64,000 bases of DNA, from NCBI GenBank assembly GCA_051294375.1, contig CM119265.1, forward strand, positions 26,413,472-26,477,471, in the 5' to 3' direction. The position numbers and the translations under genes are program-made. The DNA comes from Paraspadella gotoi. Taxonomy: Eukaryota > Animalia > Chaetognatha. Below are positions 39,943-54,075 of the stretch, in pieces (the first letter of the stretch is position 1; the number at the start of each line of letters is the position of its first letter). The notes beneath the pieces are model-generated. The model worked only from the letters and a program-made list of their open reading frames with translations, was not told the DNA's origin and ran no database searches.

Positions 39943-42900
39943 TACTCAGAAGCTCGTAATCAAGCGCAGCTCCGGGAGCAGCCGCGCTGCGGCGCGATCG
40001 GCTGTTCTCCCGCTTTCGACCTTTACTTCTCGCTCGGCTCTTCTTACTCTCTTCCTCCTTCCTTCTCCCTGTCTCCCGGACTCCGCGCGACGCAGAGTCG
40101 GATCCCCGATCGGCGACCTCTGCCAGCGGGCAAACTTACTCTTCTTCTCTCTCTCTTACCGCTCGCTCACCGCCGAGTCTTTTCTCTCTGCCTGCCTGAG
40201 CGGAATCGATCATGGGTTCGCGCGGTGCCGGCAGTCTTTTTCTTCAAGAAAATTTTAATTTGATATAGCATTGATTTTTATACGGGTATTTTCAACACAT
40301 GAAATTGGAACTTAAAAACTATTATTTCTTTTTCCCCTACTGAGTAAATATGAAAACACTCTTTATTTATATATATCTTTACCTTCTCCTTCATAACATA
40401 GATCTCACTGGGTGAATTTCATTGTTTTCAAAATACGGTAAGTACATGATTTCTTTTATTGAGCAATCATTCTTATTACGGTATCGCCTAATTAAGATGA
40501 AACTAATATTTTTTCAATGGCAAGAGCAACTTTTAGAGATCAAATGCTCCGTAAAGATCGTTGCTGTTATTTTAGATATTACTACTGCTTTGGCAAAAAA
40601 ATGGCACGCATTATATTATAAAATTTTTTTTCCTTTCTGTTTTCACTCCTTTCTCTTTTCTTTCTTTCTGAACTTTTTTTCAACTCTCTCTTTTTCTCTC
40701 TTTCTCTCGACTTTTTCTCCCTTTCCCAACGTTTCTACCCTCATCTCCTGTGTCATCCCCCCTTTCTTCCTCTACCTTTGTTTCACCTACCGACTCTACT
40801 CTATTAAAGTAGCAAAAATGATATTGATTCTGAGGTAGAAAAGCCAGCAGTGATTTCAATTAATCCGTAGTCCAGCCCACTTTGTTCTTAGAGTAAATTT
40901 TTATCAATTCGTTATAATGATTTTAGCCAATATATTGAAAAAAGGTTGTTTTTTTTTCTAATTCCCCCGATCAAAATCACTTGCCAATGAATATTGTGAT
41001 TGTCATGCTACTGTAAGGAAAGGGTTTGTTATTTTCTTGCCTGCAAGGGTAAATTAAGTGATAAATTTGATTCTTATTGTTAAAGATATCTTGGCCAATT
41101 CATTTTATGCGTCAATTTTTCGGCGCGGCAGCTCGTCTCGCCCTCAGATTTTCAGAGAGATTTTTCCCATCGTAGTTGAGTTTTCGCTTGAAAATCTCAC
41201 AAAAACTTGTTTCGCTCGAGGGAAACTCTGTATTTAGGTAATAATTTCGGTGTTCAATAAAGACTCATTATTTTATTCGCGACTTTTCTCTTGGCAAACT
41301 TAAGATGATCAGTTCGTCCTGGTGACAAACGAACGTTCGTCTCCGCGGCACCCGTGCAAACAAATAAAAGGAAAGATCTTCGCACATATTGAAGTCTAAA
41401 ACTTAAGGGACACCAGTGATAAAAATGGATATCATAAGCTTAAGCGTCTATCATCAAAGGATTTTGAATGGTGATAGTACATTACATTTTTCTTGTACGG
41501 GAAGTGGCCAAAAAAATTCCTATCTCTATCATTGTACGGAAACAAAAAATAATGAATTTATGAAAAAAATTTAGTTGACCCAGCGCTAAATATTTAAAAT
41601 CCATTATTTTTATTTGCGATTAGAAAGAGTCATTTTTACTAAATTCACATATTTTTATTATTTTTTTACATGTACAAAAGCTTATAATTTCTGCGCGTTT
41701 AAGCTCGATGAATCAAAGGCTTATTACAAGACTAATATTTTTATATTTTTATATACTTAATAAGCAGACCTAAATCCAAACCTAAATTCTTATTCTTACA
41801 GAAACAAAAAACTGCTAATAATTATTAAGTTAATATTATATCATCCTTGAAATGCTATAATAACTATATTGTATTCCTAATTTATAACAATTAAAAATTT
41901 AGCAAAAGTACAGAATCTTTCTCTTTCTTAATTTATATTACTCTTCAAGAGTTTTATTGTTCATCCAAATAACAGAATCATTTGAATAGAAAGTGTGTAA
42001 ATAAAATCATCCGAATAAACCTTAAATTTTGATTCATTCCTAGTTTTTTTTCTTTATAATATTTTTTGTGCAAAAAAAGCTGAATAATCTCTTTTTTAAA
42101 ATCTAGATCTTAGCCCTTTTTTGGGAAAAAAAAACTTTGTACCAACTTGAAAAAGATTTTGTTGCTTACCCAACTTTTTTAAAGAAAATTAAGCTCGCCC
42201 TGATTTTATCGAATTGAAAAAAATTTTAACTACTTTCCCAAAGTGACTGTATATAAAGAAAAAAATTATATCGCGTATTGATCAAACAGCTTAAGTTAAA
42301 GGCGTTCAAACGTTAGGTTTTCAGCTTTTTACCCCCCCTGTTCATTGCTCCCCTTTAAGTCGCCCAGATTTTGTACAACATCTTCTTGGGTTTTAGAGTC
42401 AAACGGCCGCTAAATGTTTTCCCAAGGAAAACTTAGGGAATTAACTATAAACTTCAGAATTGTGCCCAAACGCTTTCAAGGTGCAAAATTTCTTTTTTTA
42501 AAAACTGTTTTTAATTGTATTTGCTTTATTGAAGCAACAAACTGATAAAAGGCAAGATGCTAAATTTTTTAAAACGGAAGGTTCATGTTCATCCATTTGT
42601 TACATTAAAAATTCCCAATTGATTGAATATGTGATTTACACAGCGCTAGGGCCCAGTTTGTTTTGCCTTAATCTAGGTGGAGTGAGTGGACAATTAGTTC
42701 TCTAGCGCCTAATTGAGCGCTAAACTGTTCCTCCAAAAAAATGGTGAATCTACTGGTCGACGTCATGTATTTGTGGGAGAGAAGAAGAGACGAGAGAGAG
42801 AGAGAAAGAGACGAGAGAGAGAGAGGGAGAGGAGAAATGTCCGCGAGAAGAGAGAGAGAGAGAGACATTCCGGGCCGATAGTCCGCTCGGGATTTCGACC

Positions 42901-43042
42901 GAAGAAGCCCGACTCACCATCGAGAGAGAAAAAAATATCCCTTGAGCGAGCCGGAAAGAATTCCGAAAGGAGAAGTGAGTCGTCGGCAGCCCGCGCGCCG
43001 CTGCTTCCGGCTGGTACGGCTGCATCCGGCGAGAGCTGAGTA
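39943..43042. mobile_element. Putative ~3.1-kb DNA transposon relic with imperfect GC-rich TIRs
   Basis: Left end tactcagaagctcg...cagctccgggagcagccgcgctgcgg resembles the right end read in reverse complement, tactcagctctcg...cagccggaagcagcggcgcgcgg. TA outermost. No transposase recognised. Confidence 0.35.
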
Positions 43043-43418
43043 TTATGACTCAGAGTGAGAAGAGAGAAAGATGTGAGAGAGAGAGAGAGAAGAGAAGAGA
43101 GGGCGAGAGAGAGTATGAGAGGAGAGAGAGAGAAAAGAGAAAAAGAGAGAGAGGAATTAAAAGCGCGACTCGTTTTTTCAAGATTTACTCGGTTCGCTCG
43201 GACGAATATTGCCTTTCGCTCTCTCCTCTCCCCCTGTCGGTAGATTATCTCTCTCTCCTTTTTAAAACGAGTGGCGCCGATTGTTTAGTTCATTCTATCT
43301 CTTTTGATGAAAATGTTAACATATCAATGGAATGTTACTTCTGCTAAATTCTCTGTCGAAATTCAATTGACCGAGAAATTTTTCAATTCATGCAAAGCAA
43401 AACTGGCATTTATACGGG

Positions 43419-43449
<31 letters not shown>

Positions 43450-43522
43450 GAGAGAGAAGAGAGAGAGAGAGAGAGAGACGAAAAGATGAGAGAGAGAGAG
43501 AGAGAGAGAGAAGGAAATTAAT

Positions 43523-44664
43523 TGGAGGGAGCCGTGGATGATTGGGAAGTGTTTTGATCGTTGAATAATGCATTGTCGTCCGTTGTACACGATTGTGATG
43601 TTGGAATGTTTCGTTCTCTTAAGAGTGTTCTGTCGATGTATCATCTTGGGGTTGTTGTCGTTGTCGTTTTGTCATTCATTATTGGTTTCTTTCGTTGTCG
43701 TCACTTGTCGTATTTAATTGTTGTGTTGTAATCTGATGTGTACATCGTTTTTCTTCTGTCGTCATCATTGGGTTGTCGTTTGTGGTTTTCGTAATCATCG
43801 TTTCCATCCTTGTAGTAATATGATGTTCGGTCGTCCACTCGTCGTCGTCGCGTCGATCACGTCGTTTTCGTTCTCTTTATCGTCGTCTGTGGGTTGTTGC
43901 GTTGTAAAGTTCTGGTTGTTGTTGCTCGTTACGTCGACTTCGGCGGAATGTCGAATTCACCTTGATCTAAGTGTCACGAAGCGTGGGAAGAATGAAAGAG
44001 GGAGAGAGGAAGAAGAGGGAGGGATGGAGGAATAGAGAGAGAGGAATGAAGATTTGTGGAAGGAAGGACGGGAGGAAGAGAGGAGAAGAAGGAGCGGAGC
44101 GAGAGGGAGGGAAAGGAGGAAAAAAGAGAAAGAAGCTAAGGGAAAAAGAGGGAGGGAGGAAGGAAGGAAAGAGGAGGAACGGAACGACCAGTCGGTTTGC
44201 GACCGGACCTGACGCAGGCCCTCGGAAAGAGGAGGAAGGGAGGGACAGAAATAAGAAAAGGTGAAGCAACAAACCATGAAGAATGTAACGGAAGGGGAGG
44301 GATTAAATGAAAGAAGGCGGCATGTTAGTAATAGAAGAGAAAGCGGGAGAAAAAAAGACACATTATTCTTTGAAAGACATTACTTCTAAAGCGAGGTCAA
44401 GTAGTACGTCGCATATGGTGAGAGGATGAAGGCATTAACACCACTATTGTTCCTGTCCAAGACAGTCAAGGGTTCGGATAGCTCCTTTATTTATTAAATG
44501 AATTCGGTAATTTTTATATTGATTTGCTAGCAAATACATCAATATATGAAAGAGTTGTGGTGGTACTCACCGTCGAGTTAGCGAATACCAGGATTCAAAC
44601 GCTGGGCGTGGGGTCTGGGTTGTAACATCTCTCACTTCTCTCGTCTCTCTCTCTCTTCTCGCTC

Positions 44665-44700
<36 letters not shown>

Positions 44701-46755
44701 ATCTCTCACGCATCGCGTTTTTGGTGCGCGTGCGACGGGTCTCGAAGGTTCACGCCGTCAGAGTACGTCGACGAAGGTTTATCTAGAAAGGGGCCGATGT
44801 GAAATGGAAAGTTCATAGCGGCAACATTGTGAACTCGTCACCTGGGTTATATTGTGAACATGTGACCTTCACGCTGAGAGCCATCGTGATGGACGAAAGG
44901 ACGAGATCAGGCGTGACAAACGACAGTGGTGAGAAATGGCTAAAAGTTGAAGCTAAAATAAATAATAAAAATACACGGTTATTTCTTCTTCAAAATAATC
45001 GAAGAAAATGGTAACATCTTGCTGAAAAATTGTAATGACAAACGCAAATCCATTAATGCCAAAGATATACATTCGGCAACCATGACTTTTCCAAAAGTTC
45101 AGAGAAAGCGCCCCGTGGGAATGCTATTATTTCTCTCACCTATTGTTGTTTCAAAAAGTAAAGAGTTTCTGGAGGAGGATGCGTGGCGACATTCTGCCTC
45201 TCTCTAATCCCTACATTTTCATTAATCAGCGGGGATTGCAGTCAGAAAATCTGGCAAAAGTCAGAAGTCAAAATCTTCGCCTAAAATCCCCTAATTTTTA
45301 AAGGAAGCGGACGCTAGGAATTATCGGGATTTATGCAAAAAGCTTAATACAGTTATTGCTGTAGATTTCCAACGTTTTTGATATCGATCGGAAAGGAATT
45401 TACGCTTAATTTCTCTGTAATAAACGGTTTTTGTGCTGTAAGGACTAAATTAACGATATAGTGATACTCAACATATGATCGTCAACTTGCTTGTTGTCTT
45501 TGTATGTTTAATCTTTAAACTCTACTGTTTATTATTTAATTTCTCGATTCTTTTCATCTCAATATGAGTTAGTGGCCTCTACTTTTTCTCCTTAAATAAA
45601 TACTAAACAGTTGCACTTTTTTTTTAGGATTACGTGTACACAACCCCATTCGTCGTTGGTCGTTGGCCCATGACTAATTACTGTCGCCTGTTCGTGATAG
45701 CGCGTAAGAGAAGAGGGGAATGCAAAAGGAGAGGGTAGGAGGAGATTATAGAGAGAGAGAGAGAGAGAGAGACCGAGCAGAGAGAGAGAGAGAGAGACGA
45801 GAGAAGAGAGATGGAGAGACGAGAGAGAGGAGGATTGCGAGCTCTTGTAGAAAGGACGAAGCGGCAAATGAAAAAGGATAGATGAACAGATAGGAAAGAA
45901 ACAGATAAAACTTGATCAAGTAAACTAATAAATGAAAAATAAAAAATCAAAGACTGAAAAAAGAAAGAAGAACAGACCAGAAGAAAGAAAGAAATAAAGA
46001 CCGAAGGCACGTCCGGGGCACACGGGATCCGAATCATTCAGCCGCAAAGATTCAACTTTTGTTTGGTCGATGTTCTTTTTTTTTCTCTCTCGTTCTTAGG
46101 GAAAAAATGAACCAAAAGGACGTTCAGTTGTATTTACAGATTTGATTTGCTGTTTAACTTTTTACAAACAGGGTTACAGTTCTTGACGCAGTTTCTCTGC
46201 GAGATGTTAGAAAAAATCGGGCAGGAAAATAATTACTTTCTTTTTTAAACTAACGATAATTTCACATATTTTTTGCAGAGTAAATAATTCAAAAATTTTT
46301 AAGACGTTTACAACATAAAACGAAAAGTTATGGCAACTAAAAGGAATAAATTTTGAACATGCAATTAAATCAAAGATGAATATTCGTTCTGCGCAGCGCG
46401 CGTTCACTCTTTACGTCCGCCATTTTGTTTGCCTTTTTTTTCTTTTCTCTTTTCTCTTATTAAAATGAAACACTGAAGTCCGTATAAAAAAATCTATCGT
46501 TTTTTGCTTATTGGATGTTGTTGTTGTTTACTTTGGATTTAGTTGTTGTTCCTTTTGTTCGAAAAAAAAAAAAACTATGAGTAAATAATTTTAAGGGAGG
46601 AAGAAATAACGCAGACTAAACTATGCCTTTATCTATACACAACAACCATGCAATAAAATATTTTACAAACTCCATCCACTATGACAGCTAGCAACGACAA
46701 ACGATATTGGTCTCCCCCATGAGCTTGAGCCACGGAGTCAAAAGTTCTTAATAAA

Positions 46756-46812
<57 letters not shown>

Positions 46813-48180
46813 CTCCATCGTTCCCTACTCTCTCTCTGTCATTTCCGTCGCCGACTGTTGTTGACTTTTCATTCGTCTCTCCTTAAAGTCTGCGACACTC
46901 AAATTTCCGTTTACAGTGAACCCAACACGACTTTTCTTCTTTCTACCCTGTATCTTTTTACTTCTCTAAGTTTGGAACAAAAAAAACACAAGAATCTTTC
47001 ACGATTTATATCTCTTGCCAACTTCTTTTTCTTCATTGTACATTATACACATTTTAATTCTCATTATACTTAACTTCTTACATTTAATTTCTTCTGTATA
47101 TTTGCAACAATGTTTGTACTAAAATATGAATGCTTGGCTCTCCCAAACACTCTTTAATTGAAATTTCACACAACCACTTTCTGTGACACTATCAGACACA
47201 CGCGCAAACCTAGTATAGAGAACAGTATTAACGACATTTTTCCGTTTCAAAGCGTCGCAGGCCTCGACAGATCACAGAGAATCAGTTTTTTGCGACTCTT
47301 AGTTATTCATCCCACATATACGCCCAGCCTTCAACACATCCAATTCTTTACTACATTCCTGCCCACTTGTCGCATTCTTGCACCCACTTGATCACACATT
47401 CCCTCAAACACATCCTTCCCCAACATCTTTTCCCCACATCTCAAACACATCCTCCCAAATCCTCCCCACATCCCCAAATCCTTCCCGACATCTTTCCCCA
47501 CATCCCCAACATCCTTCCCCACAACCCCCATCGACTCGTAAGATATTTATTTCCTCTTGCCGCCGCCGAAGTCCTCTTTCGTTTTTTTCCTCGCCGGACG
47601 TCTGAATTTCCCACAACCACTATTTTTTTGTGCACAAAAAAAGTGAAGAAGGAAAGGCAAATGTTTTGGCGGCAACCCGTTTCGAATTTGTATATCACAA
47701 TAAATGTAGACAGTTTTTTATTGACCGTGAATTTGTACGACTCAATATTCGACATGTTGTCGATTTTGTGAGATGAAAATGATTTCATGGAAGGTGGCGA
47801 GCGAGTGATACTGAAAATTTTTAACTTGTTAAAACGTAAGCAAATAAAACCAGACAGATAAAAGAAAACAAATACCGCCTTTTAATGGCCAATCATTTAA
47901 ATTTTTTTTTTTGGCCTTAAAATGAAATTTTAGTGAAAAGGTATATTGATAGAAAAAGAAAAAGGAAAATTTTCGTGCACTTAACTTAATTTGATCAAAA
48001 CTAGAAGCGTTTAAATTTGCAGTGTAATTAGCAAGGTGAAAAGCGGCCCGAACTTTCCTAAAAAGAGAACGGAGGAAGAGAATGTGATTTCAGATCCTCC
48101 AAATTGTTAAATTGGATTTTTGCAATAACTTTTTCTTTCTCATAATAATTCTCACACTCAATTTCTTTCTCTTCAAAATC
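43523..48180 (-). repeat. Right arm of the inverted duplication (indel-rich)
   Basis: Reverse complement of 33300-37707 with many 1-bp indels. Confidence 0.9.
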
Positions 48181-48642
48181 GTTACTAGTTATATAATTGG
48201 CCATACTGAATCTCTTCTGCTATACTTTTCCATACGAGAACGTTTGAACCTGAGTTTATACATTACGTTTATCCATTACGCGGCATGAAATGGCACCGAA
48301 CGGTTCCATGCTTGATTTGTCACCATCTTCTGTAAAAGATAAAGTTCTACGAAAATTGTGTTCGTACAAATAATGAACCATAACCAATTTTTCTACAACC
48401 TAACCATTCCTCTGATATTTATTACTCCTGTATTGTTTACTGTGATAATCGTTGTTATTTTGTATATTTGTATCATTAACTTGTATGAATAAAAACACCT
48501 TTTAACCTACACTCATGTTTAGAGAATATTTCGCATTTTCTTCAAATAACTTGTGTTTGTCATTTCTCCTGACTCCAAATATCTTTTTGTTTTTCGTTTC
48601 TCAAACGATTCTACATTTCGGCGAAATCTCATTCCGGGCGGC

Positions 48643-48780
48643 GAAGTGAGTGTTAAAGTGAGTTGCGAAGTGAGCGGCGGAGTGAGCGGCGGAGTGAGTG
48701 GCGGAGTGAGTGGCGGAGTGAGCGGCGGAGTGAGCGACGAAGTGAGTGACGAAGTGAGTGGCGAAGTGAGTGGCGGAGTT
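48643..48780. repeat. 12-bp minisatellite
   Basis: About 11 copies of gtgagYggcgga / gtgagYgacgaa. Confidence 0.9.
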
Positions 48781-49601
48781 TTTTTTTAACCTTTCTCTTC
48801 TATTTTTTTTCTTTTGTTTCCTCTTCTTCTCCTTTTTGTGTACTCATCTCTTCCTATCTTTTTTTTCCTTTTCCCTCTCTTTCCTCATACCTATTTTCTC
48901 TGTTCTCTCCTCTCCCTTCCTTTCTTCCCCCCTCCAGAATCTTCCTCACTTCATTTTTCTTCATTCTTCATTTTCCAAATTCTCTTCATTTTCACAAAGT
49001 TCACTTCATTTGTTTGACTCATTTTTTCATTTCCTTCTTCCTTCATTTTCGTGTCCGTGAGGTTTGAGTCGTTTATTCCGCTTTCGTCATTCGTCGTCGC
49101 TTCTGACACCACACCCACCACCACCCCTACTCCCACCACCTCTACCCCCTCAACCCCAGTCGCCGCCGCAGCCGCCACCGACGCCGCAGCCCCCGCCGCC
49201 GCCTCTGAAGCCGCCGCCATTTCTAAATCATCTTCGTCCTCGCATTCGTCATCTTCTTTCTCAACATTCGTCTTCGCTCGGTTTCCTTTTCTTTTCTCCC
49301 TTTCCTTTCCTTCCTTTTCCTCGCTTTTCCTTTTCTTTCCTTTCCTTTCCTTTCCTTTCCTTACCTTTTCCTCTTTTTCCGTTTCTTTCCTTTCCTGTCC
49401 TTACCTTTTCCTCTCTTTCCTTTTCCTCCTTTAACTTTTTTTCTTTTCCTCATATTTCCTTTCCTTTTCCTCTCTTTAGTTTTCCTCTCTTCCCCTTTCT
49501 TCCCACTTCTCCTCTCCTCCTCTTCCTCCTCCTCCTCCTCCCCCTCCTCCTTCCTCTCCGCCTTTGATGGAATTTTCGTTGACTGGGTCGACGGCTTTGT
49601 G

Positions 49602-49689
<88 letters not shown>

Positions 49690-50796
49690 TTTACTCTCTT
49701 TTACTCTCTTCAAAATGGCGAGAGGGCCGTCGGCCCCGAACGTAACAACGCATATTAATTTCGTTATAGACGAAAAAAAATGTCGGCCGGTCCTTTGGTC
49801 GGTCTGTCGGTCAGTCTGTCTTTCCTTCAGTTTTACGATCAGTCTGTCGGTCAGTCTGTATATCGATGAGCCCGAAGGAACGAGCTAAGGGAAGAGCCTG
49901 GAGATGGAAACGGAGGAACGAGAACGGGAACGGAATATGAAGAATGTAACGAAGAAGATATGAACGAACGAAACGAAACGAACAAAAAGTCGAATGAACG
50001 AACGAACGAACGAGAAGAACGACGAACCGAACGAAAAACGAACGAAAAGACTGAAAACGAACAGAAGAACGGAACTAGAAAGAACAACGAAAGGAACGAA
50101 GGACGAAATTAACGAAGGAATGAAACCTAACGATTGATGTATTCGGATACCAAAACCAAAAGAACCGGGCGAATAAAGCCAAATGATTCAGAAACAATAT
50201 TGAAAAGAACGACGCCGCTGGATGCGCCGCAGCCGCCGCCAGCCCGCTCGCCCGTCCGCCCGCCGCAGAACCCCTGCGGGCACCAGAGTGCGAATTAATT
50301 GGAAAACAAACAAAACCGATAAAGTATCTGAAGGCGACGTTGATGGCCTTAAAATCCATCAATTCGGAAAAGTTTTTTTTTTAAATTGAAGTAAACTTTT
50401 TATTTTTTAAATTTTTTAAAAATCTATTTGAAGATTGAGTGAATTTTTGTTTTGAAGAGAAAAAAATGCTTTTTTTTTTAAATCCGCATATTGAAAAAAA
50501 AAGAGTTTTTTATGATGTTTTAGAAGGTCAGGTTTAAGTATGAAGCCTTTATTCTTTTATTGGTTTTGAAGTAATTATTTTTATCTTTTAATTTCAAAGT
50601 ATATTTAGAGAAATAGCACTATTAAATGAATCTAAGAACTCTGACAAAATCCTAAATTTCTGTCAAAAAAATTTTTCAAATCTATAATTTCAAACGGATA
50701 TCAACTTAATGATAATATTTTTTTAATATTCTGAACGTCATTCTCATAATATTCTCGTATTTAATTTTAAACAAAAACATGGAAATTCACTGATGC

Positions 50797-50872
50797 ACTA
50801 ATCTATATCACTAATCTATATCACTAATCTATATCACTAATCTATATCACTAATCTATATCACTAATCTATT
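50797..50872. repeat. 13-bp tandem repeat
   Basis: About 6 copies of cactaatctatat. Confidence 0.9.
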
Positions 50873-53341
50873 TCACGATGACCGACTGACTTCTTGTCAG
50901 AAGGAACTAAAAAGGCAGAAGGAACCCTGAGAGGGGATAAAGGAGAAAAGGCGGGGGAGAGGCTGAGATTAGGGTCTGGACTGTCCACATTGAAGGCTGT
51001 GGAATGTGGATTGTGGAAGGGGGTCGGAAAAGAAGAAAAAGTTGAAATGACCCGAGAAGTTTTTTTTCTTTTTTCTTTTTCCTTCTTTTCTTCTTTTGCT
51101 CTCATCTTTTTTGGTTTGACGATGGAGTTGAATGAAAAGAAGATCAAAATGGCCGACCACGATGAGGAGGAGGAGGAGGAGGAGGAAGAGGAGGAGGAAG
51201 ACGATCGAGGAAATGATAAATATGACGACGAGATCTTCAACTTCCAAACTGCATTAATCTTCTTGTGTTTTATTTTTTAGGGCAACAACAACAACAACAA
51301 CAACAAAACAGGAAAACAAAATGACGGACTTTGTTTTCGAAAAAGGGATTTGTTGGGATGAAAAAAAAAGAAGGAAAAAAAACGAAGAATAATAAATTGT
51401 ATGAATGGGTGACTGAGCAGTTTGATAGTGAGAGGGTTAGTCAATGAATACGTGTGTGGTGTAGAGATTGGGTGAGTGAATTGGAGAGTGAATGGGAAAG
51501 TGAATGGGAAAGTTAATGGGAAAGTGAATGGGAGAAGGACTGGAAGATTGAATGGGAAAGTGAATGGGAAAGTAAATGGGAAAGTGAATAAGTAAGAAAG
51601 ATATTCTGGAAACTTGGCCCGAGTATGGATTCTCTTTTTCTTATTGGAATAAGAGTCTTTTGTTTGTTGACATCAAAACGAAGAAAGGATGAAATTGTTC
51701 GTTGGTCAGAAGAATTGGAAAATAAGGCTAGAAAGACGACGACGACGACGACGACGACGACGACTACCACGACGAGAATGATTAAGATTAATCCCTGTTT
51801 GCAGACGTAAGTCAACCTTTTCCTTTCCGGTCAATTTTTAAAGGAAACACTATCAACAATATAATTAATATTAATAAACAATATTATTAATAATAATTAA
51901 TAATTATAATTATAATTATAATAATTATAATTAATCATAAAAAAAGTAATCATAAAGGTCGTTCTCGTTGTCGTTGTCATTATCATCATCAATCATCATC
52001 ATCAACATCAACATCATCATCATCACAATCATCATCATCATCAATAATCATCATCATCACCATCATCATCATCAACATCATCAATCATCATCATCATCAT
52101 CATCAATAATCATTAACATTATCATTATCANNNNNNNNNNNNNNNNNNNNNNNNNNNNNNNNNNNNNNNNNNNNNNNNNNNNNNNNNNNNNNNNNNNNNN
52201 NNNNNNNNNNNNNNNNNNNNNNNNNNNNNNNNNNNNNNNNNNNNNNNNNNNNNNNNNNNNNNNNNNNNNNNNNNNNNNNNNNNNNNNNNNNNNNNNNNNN
52301 NNNNNNNNNNNNNNNNNNNNNNNNNNNNNNNNNNNNNNNNNNNNNNNNNNNNNNNNNNNNNNNNNNNNNNNNNNNNNNNNNNNNNNNNNNNNNNNNNNNN
52401 NNNNNNNNNNNNNNNNNNNNNNNNNNNNNNNNNNNNNNNNNNNNNNNNNNNNNNNNNNNNNNNNNNNNNNNNNNNNNNNNNNNNNNNNNNNNNNNNNNNN
52501 NNNNNNNNNNNNNNNNNNNNNNNNNNNNNNNNNNNNNNNNNNNNNNNNNNNNNNNNNNNNNNNNNNNNNNNNNNNNNNNNNNNNNNNNNNNNNNNNNNNN
52601 NNNNNNNNNNNNNNNNNNNNNNNNNNNNNNNGAATGGTCGGGTGTGGAAATATGAAGCGGTTCGGTGATTTCGCTGTTCATATTTTTTTGATGGGAATCC
52701 ATGAGACGCAACGAAGCGACGAGTTAAGGCTCTCTTTTTCAAAAGAGCCCCGTTTTCGTTTCTTAATCCATGGACTTGATTTTAATACAAATGTTTGATA
52801 CTAATCTACTAACAAACACATATCCCAATCCCTAACCCGAATTCTTAACCAGAATCTTTAACCGTAACTTAATCCTTCATTCTCATCAATCACTTAATCC
52901 CTAAAATTTATTTCATTTCGAAATTTAAGATGAAAAGGGCCGTTTCGGAAAAATAAGGCCCAAGTAAGGAGGGAACGAAATTTAAAATTTGTGGTGAGAG
53001 AAAATTTTCAAGTTCAGAGGAAATTAAAAAAATATTAATGCGAAATTGAGAAAAGGACGGGAAGGCAAAGAGCGTTACTATTTTAAGAGTCAACTTTAGT
53101 TTAGCCTATTACCATTTCTTCTATGAAATTCGTACAACCAATATAAAAATTATCCATTCATGTAATAAATAAACTATGTTGCCCCTGACTTTGGACAGGC
53201 TTTGGTGGTTCAAGGCTTTCATCACTCTTACGAGATCATGACATAGCAGGTCCAAGCTTTCAATTATTTTAAAATTTTAAAGTTTAGACGTTACTACCGT
53301 ACTACCGAAGGATGTTGATAACTAAAAACAATTCTGATCTA

Positions 53342-53419
53342 TTTTTATCGAGCCTTGACCGGCGAAGCCGGGTCAGGCTGCTAATAAAATGTATTTAGGG
53401 TTGCTATCTTTGTGACGTA

Positions 53420-53452
<33 letters not shown>

Positions 53453-54075
53453 ACGCTGTTTTCATATATAAAAAACTACTACGCTTTTATAGGTTTGGCT
53501 GTGACTTACCGTTTTTTTTTAAATAAAAATTATTATGAATTATGATAAAGTTTACAAAAGTGTGCGATCATAGTAAGGTTAAAAATTTAGATATGGCTTT
53601 TTATCTTGAAATAGCTGTGATATTTTCATATTACATTGGATTAAGTATTTTTTGTTTGAATTTCCACTATTCATTATGAATTTACTGCAATATAGCAAAT
53701 GAGATTAAAGTACTATTATAATATCCAAATTAGTATATAGAAATGCTTTAATCTAAATTACATATTGCAGTATAATAATATTATGAAGATGAAATTCAAA
53801 AAATTTAGTATAAATTTTTAATAAAAAATGGGAACTCAAAGGATTTTTTTAATGAGAAGCTATATCTTAATTTTAATACCAATATAAATTCAATCTTTTA
53901 CAAAGCTTGGCGATTGGAAAAAAAATTGGAAAAAATTTCACAATTGTAAACAATTGTAACATATTTTTGCCTTTCTTTTATTTCTTAAAATTATTTTCTC
54001 TTTTAGAAAAAAAACGAGTTCAGTCTCTGCAGATACTGTACAGCGGCCCTTCCAGCAGCTGTCCAGCTTTGTTTC
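53342..54075 (+). mobile_element. Helentron-associated (HINE/DINE-like) non-autonomous element; right end uncertain
   Basis: T-run start, hairpin agccttgaccgg-cgaag-ccgggtcaggct, then a (gtc)n microsatellite and AT-rich body, matching HINE-type architecture. Confidence 0.45.

Noticed and set aside
48181-48515. Possible solo LTR at the end of the inverted duplication
   Set aside because: It has AATAAA and LTR-like composition but begins CG rather than TG, and no TSD was found.
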